Below are positions 29,775 through 40,016 of a stretch of 64,000 bases of DNA, piece by piece. A program made the position numbers and the translations under genes. Within the stretch, counting starts at the first letter, position 1; each line of letters begins with the position of its first letter. The stretch is from a virus, in IMG/VR virus record IMGVR_UViG_3300049427_000004, positions 114,867 to 178,866 of that record; one strand, 5' to 3'. A model generated the notes under the pieces. It made no database searches. It was not told the origin of the DNA and worked only from the letters and a program-made list of their open reading frames with translations.

Positions 29775-30164
29775 TTGGCAATTCAAGTTTCTAAAAATAT
29801 TGGATTAACGGATATCGTATCTGAAATTAATCCCCTTTCTACAAAACATCCCACATCTGGCTCTACACTAGAGATAAGAGTGTGGATATTTAATGATGAT
29901 CCAACCCGAACATATGAAGACATCACAATTGACCCGATAGATGCAACTGGCACAGATGAGTCTAATTGGATTCAACTTGCTCCCGACAATGTTTCTGTTG
30001 CAGGTTCTTACGGGGCTGGCGGCGCACCACTAGCTATGCCCAACATTACTACAGCGAACTCAGGAACTCCGTTTTGGGTTAAAACTACAACCCCTTCAGG
30101 TCAAATAGTAAAAAATAAAAACGATATTAAATTAGCTATTAGTTTTACTGAATATGCAGTCTAG
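29775..30164 (+). CDS. Virion appendage cassette protein, 129 aa
   Basis: AAGGAGGG RBS, TTG start; beta-rich Thr/Gly/Pro composition. Confidence 0.6.
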   Translation: MAIQVSKNIGLTDIVSEINPLSTKHPTSGSTLEIRVWIFNDDPTRTYEDITIDPIDATGTDESNWIQLAPDNVSVAGSYGAGGAPLAMPNITTANSGTPFWVKTTTPSGQIVKNKNDIKLAISFTEYAV

Positions 30165-30175
30165 GAGGGTTTTAA

Positions 30176-30466
30176 GTGGCAGTAGGTGACACAATAAGCA
30201 ACTTGTCAGTTTCAGTTGCTACTAACGCAGTGATTAGTATACAACCACCATCAGGAAGCGAATGGATCATTCAAAACGTCTATTATGGTGGGGCTATTGA
30301 ATTTTACATAGCTAACGGAGCGAACTTAGTAAAGTTCGACTCAGATTCAGGTTTCGGAGCAAGACTGATCACTGTGTTTCGTTGTACAAACACACAATAT
30401 CTCCAAATTAAAAATGTATCAGGTGCTTCCATTAATATAGCATATGATGGATTAGTATCTAAGTAG
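30176..30466 (+). CDS. Virion appendage cassette protein, 96 aa
   Basis: AGGAGG RBS; beta-rich. Confidence 0.6.
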   Translation: MAVGDTISNLSVSVATNAVISIQPPSGSEWIIQNVYYGGAIEFYIANGANLVKFDSDSGFGARLITVFRCTNTQYLQIKNVSGASINIAYDGLVSK

Positions 30467-30474
30467 GTGATTAT

Positions 30475-30708
30475 ATGAGATTTGAACTTGTTAATGTTGC
30501 CGAGAGTTTACAGACAAGAGGAATTGATTTATCAACAGGCTCTGGAGTAGACACACTTTTGGCTAATCTTAGAACTGTTGCATCAATAGACTCATGGAGC
30601 TATAGCTTTGAGCAAGACAAGCTGACAATAGAAGCATATGCAGGAACATTGTTGGATGCCTTTTTAGAATTTGGGGAGGTTGTTCTAGATGACAGTTCTT
30701 TGGGGTGA
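30475..30708 (+). CDS. Hypothetical protein, 77 aa
   Basis: AGGTG RBS; coupled ORF. Confidence 0.55.
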   Translation: MRFELVNVAESLQTRGIDLSTGSGVDTLLANLRTVASIDSWSYSFEQDKLTIEAYAGTLLDAFLEFGEVVLDDSSLG

Positions 30709-31462
30709 CACAGGTAAGACCGCAATTAGTACACTAAAGACATATAATATTTCCTTTGCCACGCCACGTGAGTCCTTACTAACAACTCCCCTTTCGCTTC
30801 CAAGCACTGAACCAACAACGCCACAAGTTTCAGTCACTATAGGAGTCGGAGATCTACCAAATATTTTACCTAGTCCACTTGGAGTAAAATACACAGCTGC
30901 ATTGTATGCTGCTGGAAAAAATACTGATGCAGCAGCACAAACTGTTAGTTGGAGAGTATTAAAGAATAATATTTCAATTGCTACAGGAACATCAAGCTCG
31001 GTTCCAACAAATCAATTTTGGACACACAGTTATTTTCAATTCTATGATGTTGTGGTTGGCGATGTTCTAGAGATTAAGTTATGGTCAGCATCAGCAAATG
31101 TAAACTATGATTATTGGGGACTTTCAGTTTATCCGACAAGACTCAACGTGGGAAAAGCAGATGTAAACAAAGATGTAGTGTACGGTTCAGGAATATTTGC
31201 TGCTTTAATTTCTGGAACTGCTTCAGTTAACTTGAGCGTAAGTGCTCTATTGTACGCATCGGATTCACTTTCACTCAACTTCGGTTTTGCAGCCAACCTT
31301 ACTTTTGGTGCTCTACATTGGAACAATACATATTATGCTTTTAGAATTGATTTAGGTGATAGTCAGCAAACAACAACTACTGTAGCTCATGCAACGGCTA
31401 GACCGCATTATAGACGTAATATTATACCTAGTTCTATTTCATTTCGCGAAGTTTTGAGGTGA
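30689..31462 (+). CDS. Virion appendage cassette protein, 257 aa
   Basis: GGGGAGGT RBS; Thr/Ser/Ala-rich beta protein. Confidence 0.6.
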   Translation: MTVLWGDTGKTAISTLKTYNISFATPRESLLTTPLSLPSTEPTTPQVSVTIGVGDLPNILPSPLGVKYTAALYAAGKNTDAAAQTVSWRVLKNNISIATGTSSSVPTNQFWTHSYFQFYDVVVGDVLEIKLWSASANVNYDYWGLSVYPTRLNVGKADVNKDVVYGSGIFAALISGTASVNLSVSALLYASDSLSLNFGFAANLTFGALHWNNTYYAFRIDLGDSQQTTTTVAHATARPHYRRNIIPSSISFREVLR

Positions 31463-31466
31463 TACG

Positions 31467-31943
31467 GTGCGTTTAACTGAACGTGGACAGACTATTGTTG
31501 CTAATGCGCTGACGGAAAGAGGCCATTTTGTAATAAAAAAAATTACAGAACGTGGTCAAATAATTTTCGGAAAAAATGTAGGGGTATCAGGATCTGTGAG
31601 CATTCCTACGAGACAAATTATCTCTGAAACATCCTCAGCATTGATTCCTACATCCCAAAGGCTATATAAAGTTTCAACCAATAATTATAAGACAGTGCAA
31701 TCTATATATAAAATTGGATTAATAGCAATTCCTATTAAACTAAAAACATATTATAAATCAAGATTTGAACTATCAATCTATATATGTGTTTTTAGCACAA
31801 ACGCAATTACCATTCCGACTAGACAAATATTATTTGAAGAAGAACAGTTAATTGGAATTGTTAACCTTAGCGGTCAACAAATATTAAATGTGAGTTTGAA
31901 TGGTTATTCCGAACTCAATGTCACATTGCGAGGGGAGTTATAA
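31467..31943 (+). CDS. Fibre-like hypothetical protein with short internal repeats
   Basis: LTERGQ/LTERGH/ITERGQ and IPTRQI repeats. Confidence 0.55.
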   Translation: MRLTERGQTIVANALTERGHFVIKKITERGQIIFGKNVGVSGSVSIPTRQIISETSSALIPTSQRLYKVSTNNYKTVQSIYKIGLIAIPIKLKTYYKSRFELSIYICVFSTNAITIPTRQILFEEEQLIGIVNLSGQQILNVSLNGYSELNVTLRGEL

Positions 31944-32375
31944 TTGACAAAACTAAACCAGAATTTCGAAATGTTTGATGGTAACACAAAAAACATAATT
32001 ATCAATTCTTACAATTCAAATAATGAATTGATTGATCTAAATGGCGCAAGAGTCAGATGGGTATTAAAAACTTCATCTAAGAAGTTAGAAAATGTTATTG
32101 AAAAAACAATGAGCAATGGTATTACTATCGAAGGCTTAGGCAAGATCAAGATTAAACTTAATTCTAGCGACACACGTGGACTTTGTGGAAATTATCATCA
32201 TGCATGTGAATTGATTGATTCCTTCGATAATGTTTCAACCCTCTTAATTGGTTTGGTAACAATAAAAGATAGTGGTTTACCAGCAGAAGACGAAGGTATT
32301 CCAGATGCAGATGGTGGTACGTTTTTAATTTTTGATGATACTGTAGTTTTTGATGGAGGTATATTTAATGTCTAA
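31944..32375 (+). CDS. BppU-N-like Ig adaptor protein
   Basis: IDLNGARVRWVL...IKIKLNSSDT..L.G.Y.H pattern. Confidence 0.6.
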   Translation: MTKLNQNFEMFDGNTKNIIINSYNSNNELIDLNGARVRWVLKTSSKKLENVIEKTMSNGITIEGLGKIKIKLNSSDTRGLCGNYHHACELIDSFDNVSTLLIGLVTIKDSGLPAEDEGIPDADGGTFLIFDDTVVFDGGIFNV

Positions 32376-35300
32376 GATTCTAGCTAAGATTCAAATAAAA
32401 AGAGGTCTTAAAATAGACTTGCCAGTTCTGGATAATGGTGAGTTTGGTTTTTGTAATGATACTAAAGAATTATTCATTGGAACTACATCAGGAAATTTGA
32501 TGATATTTCCTGTAAATAATTCAGGCGGCTCAATTACCGTAGTCGATAGCACAATAAATGGAAATATAGTTGTTAATGGAGTTCAAATTAAGGTGTTCGA
32601 TGATTCCTTAATACAAGAATCACTTTCAAACAAAGCAGATATTAATCACTCTCATCAAGAATTACATAATCATGCAAATTCACTCGTTATAAATGAGCTT
32701 TCAAATACTGATGGAAGATTGACATACAACGGTCAACAAATTCCATTTACTGATGATATTCCTGATGTACAGGTTATTGATGATAATTCAACGACTAGTA
32801 CCACAAAAACATGGAGCGCTGAAAAAATAAATACGTCAATGGCTTTGAAAGCACCTACTATTCACTATCATTCTATAGATGATATTCAAGGTGTTGATGC
32901 TTCAGCAAAAGTTAATGGCTATGTTCTTCAGTTTGACGCTTCTGTTGGCAAGTATTTGTCGAAAGCACTCCCTGCTGGTAATGGAACTGGTGCTACAAGT
33001 CTTAGTGGATTATCAGACGTAGATGATTCTGTTACTCCACAAGAAGGTGATCGTTTAGCTTTTGAAGGTGGTCTTTGGAAACCGAAAAAAGGAAGCGATC
33101 TATTACAATTTAATAATACTTATCAAATTGAGTTAGATAGATGGCATATCAAACGAGATGGTACTGACTCCGTTGCTACAGGAAAAGGCATTAATGATGC
33201 AATACAATGGGCGAAAACCAACGGTTATAATCACGCTGTTTTGCCAAATGGTTATTATAGAGCAACCTTAAACATTATCAAGAAAAACGGTGTTGATTAC
33301 CTGAATGGTTATTTTCATAGCTTAGTTAGAATGCCAAGTGATTTTCACTTTGAGTTGAGCAGAGAAGCTATAATTGAAATTGAATCCAATTCAAGTGGTA
33401 ATCATGAGGTTATTCTATTTTATAGAGCTATAAATTCAAAAGTATCAGGTGGAAAGATAATTGGAGATCGTAAAAGACATATATCTGAACTTGGTATTAA
33501 ATTTGTAAGAGGTGGAGTAAACCCTGATGGCTCTTTAAATAATGATATTAATTGGATACGCAGTGAAGTAATTGATCGATATAAAGATCCAATTTTGACA
33601 AAGCTTTTCAGAATATGGTCAAACACTTCCTTGCCAAATGTTACTGGATATAATTTTTATCAATACAAAGATACTATTTCAGCATTAACTTTGGTAGGCA
33701 GTCGAACTGATGGCCTATTTGCACCAACTGCGCCTACAGGTCGAGGATGGTTTGAAGGAGATAGACTTGATTTAAACAATAAGTTAATTATATCAATGAA
33801 TATTTCAAACAACCCTTTAACTGATACACAACTTTCAAATTTAAAGGTAAAGCTAGATAATCAATATTACACCCATGAAAGTGGTCATGCTATTGCTATA
33901 TTTGGTGGCTATAAGGTAGAGGTTAGCAACATGGAACTGTGTAATATGATAGGCGATGGTGTACTAACAGGTACTGCCTATGATTATAGAGCAGACGGAG
34001 TTTATGACCTAGTAGCTCTTAAAGATCAAATTGGTTCATTTATCTATCTGCATGATCTAAATATTCATCGCTGCCGCAGACAAGGAATTTCCTTATGTGG
34101 GCAAAATGATCAATTTGTTTACAATAATGAGATCCATCACATTGGTAAAGATGACGATGGAGTAACTTCAGATTTTACAGCTCCTGCTTTTGGAATTGAC
34201 ATAGAATCAATGGCTGGAGAAAGCAATATCCCATACAAACACCTTTACTTTGGAAGAGATGGATTAGAAGTGAATTATAGAATTCATATATATAATAACT
34301 ATATTCATCACAATGAAAGAGGTCACCTAGTCAATCCAGATGGTACTTATGTAACAGTGGAAAACAATGTTTTTGAAGGATACAACATTGGTGGTGTAAG
34401 TTCAGATCGTCGATTCAAGCATGTAAAATTCTTAAATAACACTCTAATCAATTGTGAGCAATGGGTAACTGGCGACAACATTGTAAACGGAACAAAAATT
34501 GAGGGTGGAAATATGAGGCTCATGGATATTGAAGGAGCCTTCATTAAAGATGTAAAAATTAAAGACGGAATGTTTTACGGTAGTGCAGTTTATGGACACT
34601 TTGGTGTTCCTCAAGTTGATGTTTCTACAAGCACCTTTACCTTCACCAGAGAACATGGTATGGGAAATACAGCAAAGGTTTGTTTTGATAGTTGGGAAGG
34701 CAAGATTCCAAAAGGATTGAAATCAGATACCATTTATTATGTTATCAATAAGACTACTTATGGTTTTCAGGTATCTGAAACTGAAAATGGAAAGGCTGTA
34801 GTTTTCTACGATTCGGGTGAAAATGGATTTACAGTTTCCAGATACAACTACGGAAGAGTTTTCATAGATGGCGTAACAGTTGAAAGGGATTTTAAAACAG
34901 ACTCCAAAGTTGCTTTTTACCCTGCTACATCAGGTGGTGTCATCAAAAACATAACAGTAAAAAACTATGATGTTACTATCGATGGCGGTTCCAAGGATTA
35001 TGCAGGTAGGCCAGTTTCTGTTGACAATTTAACAGTAATTGAAGGCAAAACAACACTAAGCAACTGTCAGGTAAATGGTGGGAGGTTCATTTCAAATACT
35101 TACAATGATGTGTATTTGGGTACAGTAACTGATTATAATAAATATCAACGTGCTGAAATAACAAACTCCACATTTATCAACCAAAAGATTTTCATGGGTG
35201 AAAGCACTATTAGTAACAGCACAATAAAAAAAAGTGTGGTTCACAAAGAAAATAATAGATTCAAATCTATTATAATTAACAGCTACTTACAGAATACAGA

Positions 35301-37113
35301 GGCCAATCTCAGATTCGTAGCAGCCGATAAATCTTTAATGATCGCTAAGAGCGTATTAGATAATTTCACTTCAGTTGTTACTTCATCAAGCGCTAGTGCA
35401 CTCACGTTACTAGACAATACGAATATTACTGGACTAACCGTTGACAACGCACCTCAAATTTTAAATGTAAGCCCTCAACCAGCAATTTTCCCATCACAGC
35501 AATCTGTAATTATTACAGCTAATCAATCAATTGTAATAAGATACACAATCGACGGTACTGATCCTACAATAAACAGTCCTCAATATTTGCAACCAATCGT
35601 AATAGCATCACCAATTATTCTTAGAGCTATCGGACTTGATGGTAGTAATAATATAGTTGCGAGAAAATCTTGGTTCTATGATGTCGATTTAATTCCAGCT
35701 AATGATGTAACCAACCTAACTGCTAGTGAAATTAGAAATAGTCAAGTTACGCTCGTATGGAGTGCAAGTACATCAAATGATGTGGTAAATTATGAAATCT
35801 ATAATGCTTCAAATAAAATCGGAGTTACTACTGATACCACTTATATTGCTACTGCATTATTAGCTAACACATCATATGACCTTGTAGTTAAAGTGGTTGA
35901 TAAAGCTGGTCATGTATCAACTGGTGCATCAATCAACGTAACTACTAGTGGCGACTTAATTCCTCCAGAAGACGTAACTGATATTCAAGCTAGTCACTTA
36001 AGCGATACTGTAATTGGTTTAACATGGATTCCAAGTGTTGCCAATGATGTTGCCTCCTATCAAGTATTCAATGGCGAGTCATTGCTTGGAGAGTCTAAGT
36101 CAGCTAACTTTAGTATTAGCAATCTTACTCCATCGACACCTTACACGTTTAAAGTAGTTGCTAAAGACGTAAATGGTAATGTTGCAGCTGGTACTACAAA
36201 ACAAATTACTACTCTCGCGCAAAGCCCACTACAATCAACAGGGTATGTGAAAAATGGCTTAGTTATGTTTAATGAGAACGTACCTAATAATTCAATTGTT
36301 ACACACAAAGATAGTTATTTTGTCGGAGAAAGTGACTTTACGTTTGTTGCATTGTTAAAAGTACCTGAAAATACAACTGGGACAATAATTGATCGAAGAG
36401 TACTAGGCAGTGATCCTAACACAACTATATCTATTTCTTCTACAGTTGGTTCAAGTGGGGATTATTCGTATATACTTGTTCGATGGACTACTAAGAGTAA
36501 AGTTGATGGAACTTATAAAACGTATGTATTATCATCTGATGACACTGATTTACGTAGTGAGTCGCCTTCAGGAATGCTCTATCAATTGGCTGTACGCAAA
36601 GACTCAGGTAGTTTCAAGTTATTCTTAAATGGTGTGGATCATATTATCAAAGCTCCTGTAGTAACAACATCCATTGATCCCAAGTATATAAACGGAAATG
36701 CAGGATCGACAACTCCATTAACTATTGGCAAAAGCGGTCAATCGAATGTATTTAAGATTATCGCTTACTACAATAGAGCACTTACTGCTGAAGAAATCAT
36801 GCAAAATCATACGAACTTGTCAGATCTTAATCCTCCAAGTGATGTGACCAATTTAGCTGCTACTTCTACCTTAGCAGGAGAGGCTACATTAACATGGAAT
36901 GATCCAGCAATTTCTGATGTACATTCTAAGAATGTTTATTACAAACTGTCTAATTCGTCAACTTGGATTAAAGCTAATACTCAAAAGATCGTAGGCCAAT
37001 CTTATCAATTGACAGGTTTGGCTAGTGGACAACAATATGACCTTGAGGTTAAAGTAGTAGACACCTCAACAAATATTAGTGCTGGCGCTAGAACAAATGT
37101 AACTCCGCTTTAA
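32368..37113 (+). CDS. Large tailspike/depolymerase-like appendage (Mtd-N, beta-helix, FN3 x3, LamG-like)
   Basis: IQIKRG..LP.L..GEFGF..DT.ELFIG N-terminus; GDG/RRQGISL/GIDIE right-handed beta-helix motifs; IRYTIDGTDPT; FN3 repeats; YNRALTAEEI LamG motif. Confidence 0.82.
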   Translation: MSKILAKIQIKRGLKIDLPVLDNGEFGFCNDTKELFIGTTSGNLMIFPVNNSGGSITVVDSTINGNIVVNGVQIKVFDDSLIQESLSNKADINHSHQELHNHANSLVINELSNTDGRLTYNGQQIPFTDDIPDVQVIDDNSTTSTTKTWSAEKINTSMALKAPTIHYHSIDDIQGVDASAKVNGYVLQFDASVGKYLSKALPAGNGTGATSLSGLSDVDDSVTPQEGDRLAFEGGLWKPKKGSDLLQFNNTYQIELDRWHIKRDGTDSVATGKGINDAIQWAKTNGYNHAVLPNGYYRATLNIIKKNGVDYLNGYFHSLVRMPSDFHFELSREAIIEIESNSSGNHEVILFYRAINSKVSGGKIIGDRKRHISELGIKFVRGGVNPDGSLNNDINWIRSEVIDRYKDPILTKLFRIWSNTSLPNVTGYNFYQYKDTISALTLVGSRTDGLFAPTAPTGRGWFEGDRLDLNNKLIISMNISNNPLTDTQLSNLKVKLDNQYYTHESGHAIAIFGGYKVEVSNMELCNMIGDGVLTGTAYDYRADGVYDLVALKDQIGSFIYLHDLNIHRCRRQGISLCGQNDQFVYNNEIHHIGKDDDGVTSDFTAPAFGIDIESMAGESNIPYKHLYFGRDGLEVNYRIHIYNNYIHHNERGHLVNPDGTYVTVENNVFEGYNIGGVSSDRRFKHVKFLNNTLINCEQWVTGDNIVNGTKIEGGNMRLMDIEGAFIKDVKIKDGMFYGSAVYGHFGVPQVDVSTSTFTFTREHGMGNTAKVCFDSWEGKIPKGLKSDTIYYVINKTTYGFQVSETENGKAVVFYDSGENGFTVSRYNYGRVFIDGVTVERDFKTDSKVAFYPATSGGVIKNITVKNYDVTIDGGSKDYAGRPVSVDNLTVIEGKTTLSNCQVNGGRFISNTYNDVYLGTVTDYNKYQRAEITNSTFINQKIFMGESTISNSTIKKSVVHKENNRFKSIIINSYLQNTEANLRFVAADKSLMIAKSVLDNFTSVVTSSSASALTLLDNTNITGLTVDNAPQILNVSPQPAIFPSQQSVIITANQSIVIRYTIDGTDPTINSPQYLQPIVIASPIILRAIGLDGSNNIVARKSWFYDVDLIPANDVTNLTASEIRNSQVTLVWSASTSNDVVNYEIYNASNKIGVTTDTTYIATALLANTSYDLVVKVVDKAGHVSTGASINVTTSGDLIPPEDVTDIQASHLSDTVIGLTWIPSVANDVASYQVFNGESLLGESKSANFSISNLTPSTPYTFKVVAKDVNGNVAAGTTKQITTLAQSPLQSTGYVKNGLVMFNENVPNNSIVTHKDSYFVGESDFTFVALLKVPENTTGTIIDRRVLGSDPNTTISISSTVGSSGDYSYILVRWTTKSKVDGTYKTYVLSSDDTDLRSESPSGMLYQLAVRKDSGSFKLFLNGVDHIIKAPVVTTSIDPKYINGNAGSTTPLTIGKSGQSNVFKIIAYYNRALTAEEIMQNHTNLSDLNPPSDVTNLAATSTLAGEATLTWNDPAISDVHSKNVYYKLSNSSTWIKANTQKIVGQSYQLTGLASGQQYDLEVKVVDTSTNISAGARTNVTPL

Positions 37114-37126
37114 AATGTAGCCTCAG

Positions 37127-37166
37127 TTCATCTACAGGAGAAAGTAAGCCCTCTCTTGTAGATGAA
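37127..37166. terminator. Long hairpin after the appendage gene
   Basis: TTCATCTACAGGAGA / TCTCTTGTAGATGAA. Confidence 0.6.
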
Positions 37167-37286
37167 TACTAATAAAACAATAAATCGAAATTATATTAAA
37201 AAAATACATATTGCCTAAGAGCCTAAAATCATGTATTCTTTATTAAGAACAAATTGATCTTTAAAAAGAATGCATAGGAGGGGCAA

Positions 37287-38465
37287 ATGAAAACCGATCA
37301 AAGATTTACGCAATTAGATTCTTTACGAGGACTGGCTGCCCTATTTGTCGTGTTTCTACATATTTCTCTAATCTTCCCAGAAACACACCTGTCAAAGTTA
37401 CTGCTTGAGTACAGCCCGTTAAGATTATTAGTTTCTGGCTCTGAAGCTGTAATATTGTTTTTCGTGCTAAGTGGATTTGTTTTATCGAGGCCGTTCTATA
37501 CAAATTCTAATTCTAACTATTTCACATTCCTAATAAAACGCATATTGAGAATATATAGCCCTTATATATTTGCAGTTATTTTATCGATCTTATGCGCGAG
37601 AATTTTTTATCAGGGGAAAATAGAGGGTTTAAGTGACTGGTTTAATGTGATATGGACTGGGAAAATCTCAGGTATAGTGGTGACAGACCATCTGCTCTTG
37701 GTAAAAACCTTTTTGAGCAATTTAAATCCAGTGATATGGTCATTAGTTCATGAGATGAGAATTTCTATTATTTTTCCTTTAATAATGATTTTTATTGTAA
37801 AGATGAACTGGAAAAAAGGAGTGTTGTTTGGAATTTCCTTATCGCTTCTAAGCACCATACTTTTTCTAACTTTTAAAGTGGGCAATGACGGAGTTGAAAT
37901 GATTAACACTTTACATTACACTTCTATGTTTGTATTAGGTGCAATAATATCGAAATACTTCTCATCTATAACTAATCGAGTTATCAAAATGAGTAGAATT
38001 CAGAAATTCTTATTATTCGGTTTTGGGATAATGATGTACATCTATGCCAAACCTTCTTTCGTAATTGCGACATTCATCTATCCCGACATAGCACCTTTCT
38101 ATAGAACTGTTCTAGATAGTTGGTTTGTTGCAGTTGGGTCAATGATTCTTATTGTTTTCTCTGTATCTTCTCGATTATTTTCAAAAATTTTAACTTTTAG
38201 CCCAATTAGATACTTAGGGAAAATATCGTACAGTCTTTACCTTTCCCACATTCTAGTCTTAGTGTCAATGTTCCAGCTATTACATGGGGCAGTTCCTGTT
38301 TTGTTAATATGTCTACTAAGTTTAGTGACTTCAATTGCCATATCAAGCCTTATGTATCATTTCATTGAGTTACCATCAATAACTCTAAGTAAAAGGTTGA
38401 CAAAGAAAATAGGAACGTTTCGAAACACTGGATCAGAAATTGTTCCCAAGTCAGTTGTTAAGTAA
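37287..38465 (+). CDS. Acyltransferase-3 (OafA-like) membrane O-acyltransferase
   Basis: LDSLRGLAALFVVFLH, AVILFFVLSGFVL, KRILRIY, WSLVHE, LGKISYSLYLSH, YHFIE motifs; ~10 TM. Confidence 0.93.
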   Translation: MKTDQRFTQLDSLRGLAALFVVFLHISLIFPETHLSKLLLEYSPLRLLVSGSEAVILFFVLSGFVLSRPFYTNSNSNYFTFLIKRILRIYSPYIFAVILSILCARIFYQGKIEGLSDWFNVIWTGKISGIVVTDHLLLVKTFLSNLNPVIWSLVHEMRISIIFPLIMIFIVKMNWKKGVLFGISLSLLSTILFLTFKVGNDGVEMINTLHYTSMFVLGAIISKYFSSITNRVIKMSRIQKFLLFGFGIMMYIYAKPSFVIATFIYPDIAPFYRTVLDSWFVAVGSMILIVFSVSSRLFSKILTFSPIRYLGKISYSLYLSHILVLVSMFQLLHGAVPVLLICLLSLVTSIAISSLMYHFIELPSITLSKRLTKKIGTFRNTGSEIVPKSVVK

Positions 38466-38495
38466 TTATCAGACTTCGACACGGAGGTAAGTAGA

Positions 38496-38675
38496 TTGAA
38501 GAACATTTTGGGGATATTGTTAGTAGCGATGTTTCTTTACTTGTTTTCCACACTTATTATGATACCACCAGATAATCATGGCGAAACCAATATTAAGTCG
38601 CACACATTAACAGCTAAAACATATTATTATGATGCTACAAAAAGAGAAAATGGTAAATGGGTTGAATTCCCGTAA
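38496..38675 (+). CDS. Small secreted or membrane peptide, 59 aa (not in ORF track)
   Basis: GGAGGT RBS, TTG start; MKNILGILLVAMFLYLFSTLIMIPPDNHGE...KWVEFP. Confidence 0.6.
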   Translation: MKNILGILLVAMFLYLFSTLIMIPPDNHGETNIKSHTLTAKTYYYDATKRENGKWVEFP

Positions 38676-38797
38676 AACACTTTGCTCATAAAACTATTCT
38701 TTCATGAGGAATATGGTTAGAAATTAGTCAATGTTTATAAGGGTTTTCAAAAAGGAGATTTCTCATCCTGAGGAGTCTTTTTTTAATTAGGAATTGA

Positions 38798-38859
38798 AAT
38801 AAAATAAAACATCAGTTCATCAACAATTAGGTGTTAGTGAACTGATGTTTTATTTTATT
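38798..38859. terminator. Perfect 22-bp inverted repeat, bidirectional terminator
   Basis: AATAAAATAAAACATCAGTTCA / TGAACTGATGTTTTATTTTATT between convergent genes. Confidence 0.75.
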
Positions 38860-38872
38860 CGCATGTAGTTAA

Positions 38873-39082
38873 TCATTTCTTATGAACAATAACATCTGTT
38901 ATTTTACAATCAAGTATAATACATATGTCATCAATAATTTTCATTGATATGTATTCGTTTTTCCACATCTTTGCTGCGGTAGAAGGAGAGATTTCCATCA
39001 TATTAATGAACTCCATCTTGGAGATGTTTTTAGTAATCAAAAGATGCTGTAACGGCTCAAAACTTATCACAAATATTGACAT
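38873..39082 (-). CDS. Cro/C1-type HTH regulator (HTH_26-like)
   Basis: ISPSTAAKMWKNEYISMKIIDDICIILDCKITDVI pattern. Confidence 0.85.
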   Translation of the reverse strand: MSIFVISFEPLQHLLITKNISKMEFINMMEISPSTAAKMWKNEYISMKIIDDICIILDCKITDVIVHKK

Positions 39083-39187
39083 CTCCTTTCAATCTTTAAA
39101 AGCATAACACAATATTTATATGCATAAAATGGATTTTCGACATGTTGCAACTATTTACGACATATCAAATATATTTCCAACTTCTCG

Positions 39188-39216
39188 TTGACGATGCTTG
39201 TCTACAATGGTAATAT
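39188..39216 (+). promoter_or_regulatory. SigA-type promoter
   Basis: TTGACG (39188) - 17 nt - TAATAT (39211) with TG extension. Confidence 0.65.
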
Positions 39217-39279
39217 GTGTATACGAGATAGTGTAAATATTTACGCCTTCTTATAAATCTCCAAGGGGATGATAACAGC

Positions 39280-39510
39280 ATGAGTCCAGACATCGATCTC
39301 GCTGAGAGTGATGCAAAAGAGCTAATAAGATTGATCAAATATTATGCATTGGAACAAACTGAGGATTATCTGTTTCCATGTGGATTAGTGGATAGTGAGT
39401 TGTGGACTGAAGAAGTTCATAAGGCATATTGGGGAAAGTATTGGGATGGGGATCTGGATAGGTTAGGTTGGACAGTTGTTGCTTGTTTTGATTATTTTTA
39501 TCCTTTGTAG
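39280..39510 (+). CDS. Small acidic aromatic-rich hypothetical protein, 76 aa
   Basis: AAGGGG RBS; 16 D/E vs 6 K/R by hand count. Confidence 0.7.
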   Translation: MSPDIDLAESDAKELIRLIKYYALEQTEDYLFPCGLVDSELWTEEVHKAYWGKYWDGDLDRLGWTVVACFDYFYPL

Positions 39511-39827
39511 TGTGGAAGAGGAATCATACATAGATAACAGGATAGGTAAAGTTGAGGAGTCTTCTGGGAAGGAGGCTTTTTTTGTTTGTTTATTATTGAG
39601 GATAAGCAGGAAAATTCTCCCTATATGTCGAAAAAAGTAGAACTAAGGGAGAGATGAGTTTCTATCTCATTTTGTTGGTAATAGTTTACTTTTACTTGGT
39701 AAAAGTGATAGAATAGAGTCAACAGTATACATGAACATATAAGTATACCAATGTTTATATGAATGTATACATATTTTCTGAAAGTATCTCATATCTTCTT
39801 ACTAGATTAATACTCTAGGAGGTAGTT

Positions 39828-40010
39828 ATGATGAGTAAAAAGAGGAGAGTGGAGAGAATGGCTACTCAGATTGCCGCAACGCCTATTATAACAGGTAAAC
39901 GAGCTAGAGAGATGATTAAAGCATCTAAAAAAAAACCAAGTGAAAAATCTAAAGCCAATGCACAAACTTTTATTGATTTTTTCAAGAAATTCGAGTCGAA
40001 GGGGAAATAA
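39828..40010 (+). CDS. Small basic protein, putative antitoxin for the GNAT
   Basis: AGGAGGT RBS; 6 nt before the GNAT start. Confidence 0.65.
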   Translation: MMSKKRRVERMATQIAATPIITGKRAREMIKASKKKPSEKSKANAQTFIDFFKKFESKGK

Positions 40011-40016
40011 CCATAA

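Noticed and set aside
38496-38675. Arbitrium AimP or Phr peptide
   Set aside because: No adjacent TPR receptor (AimR/Rap) gene; longer than typical AimP.
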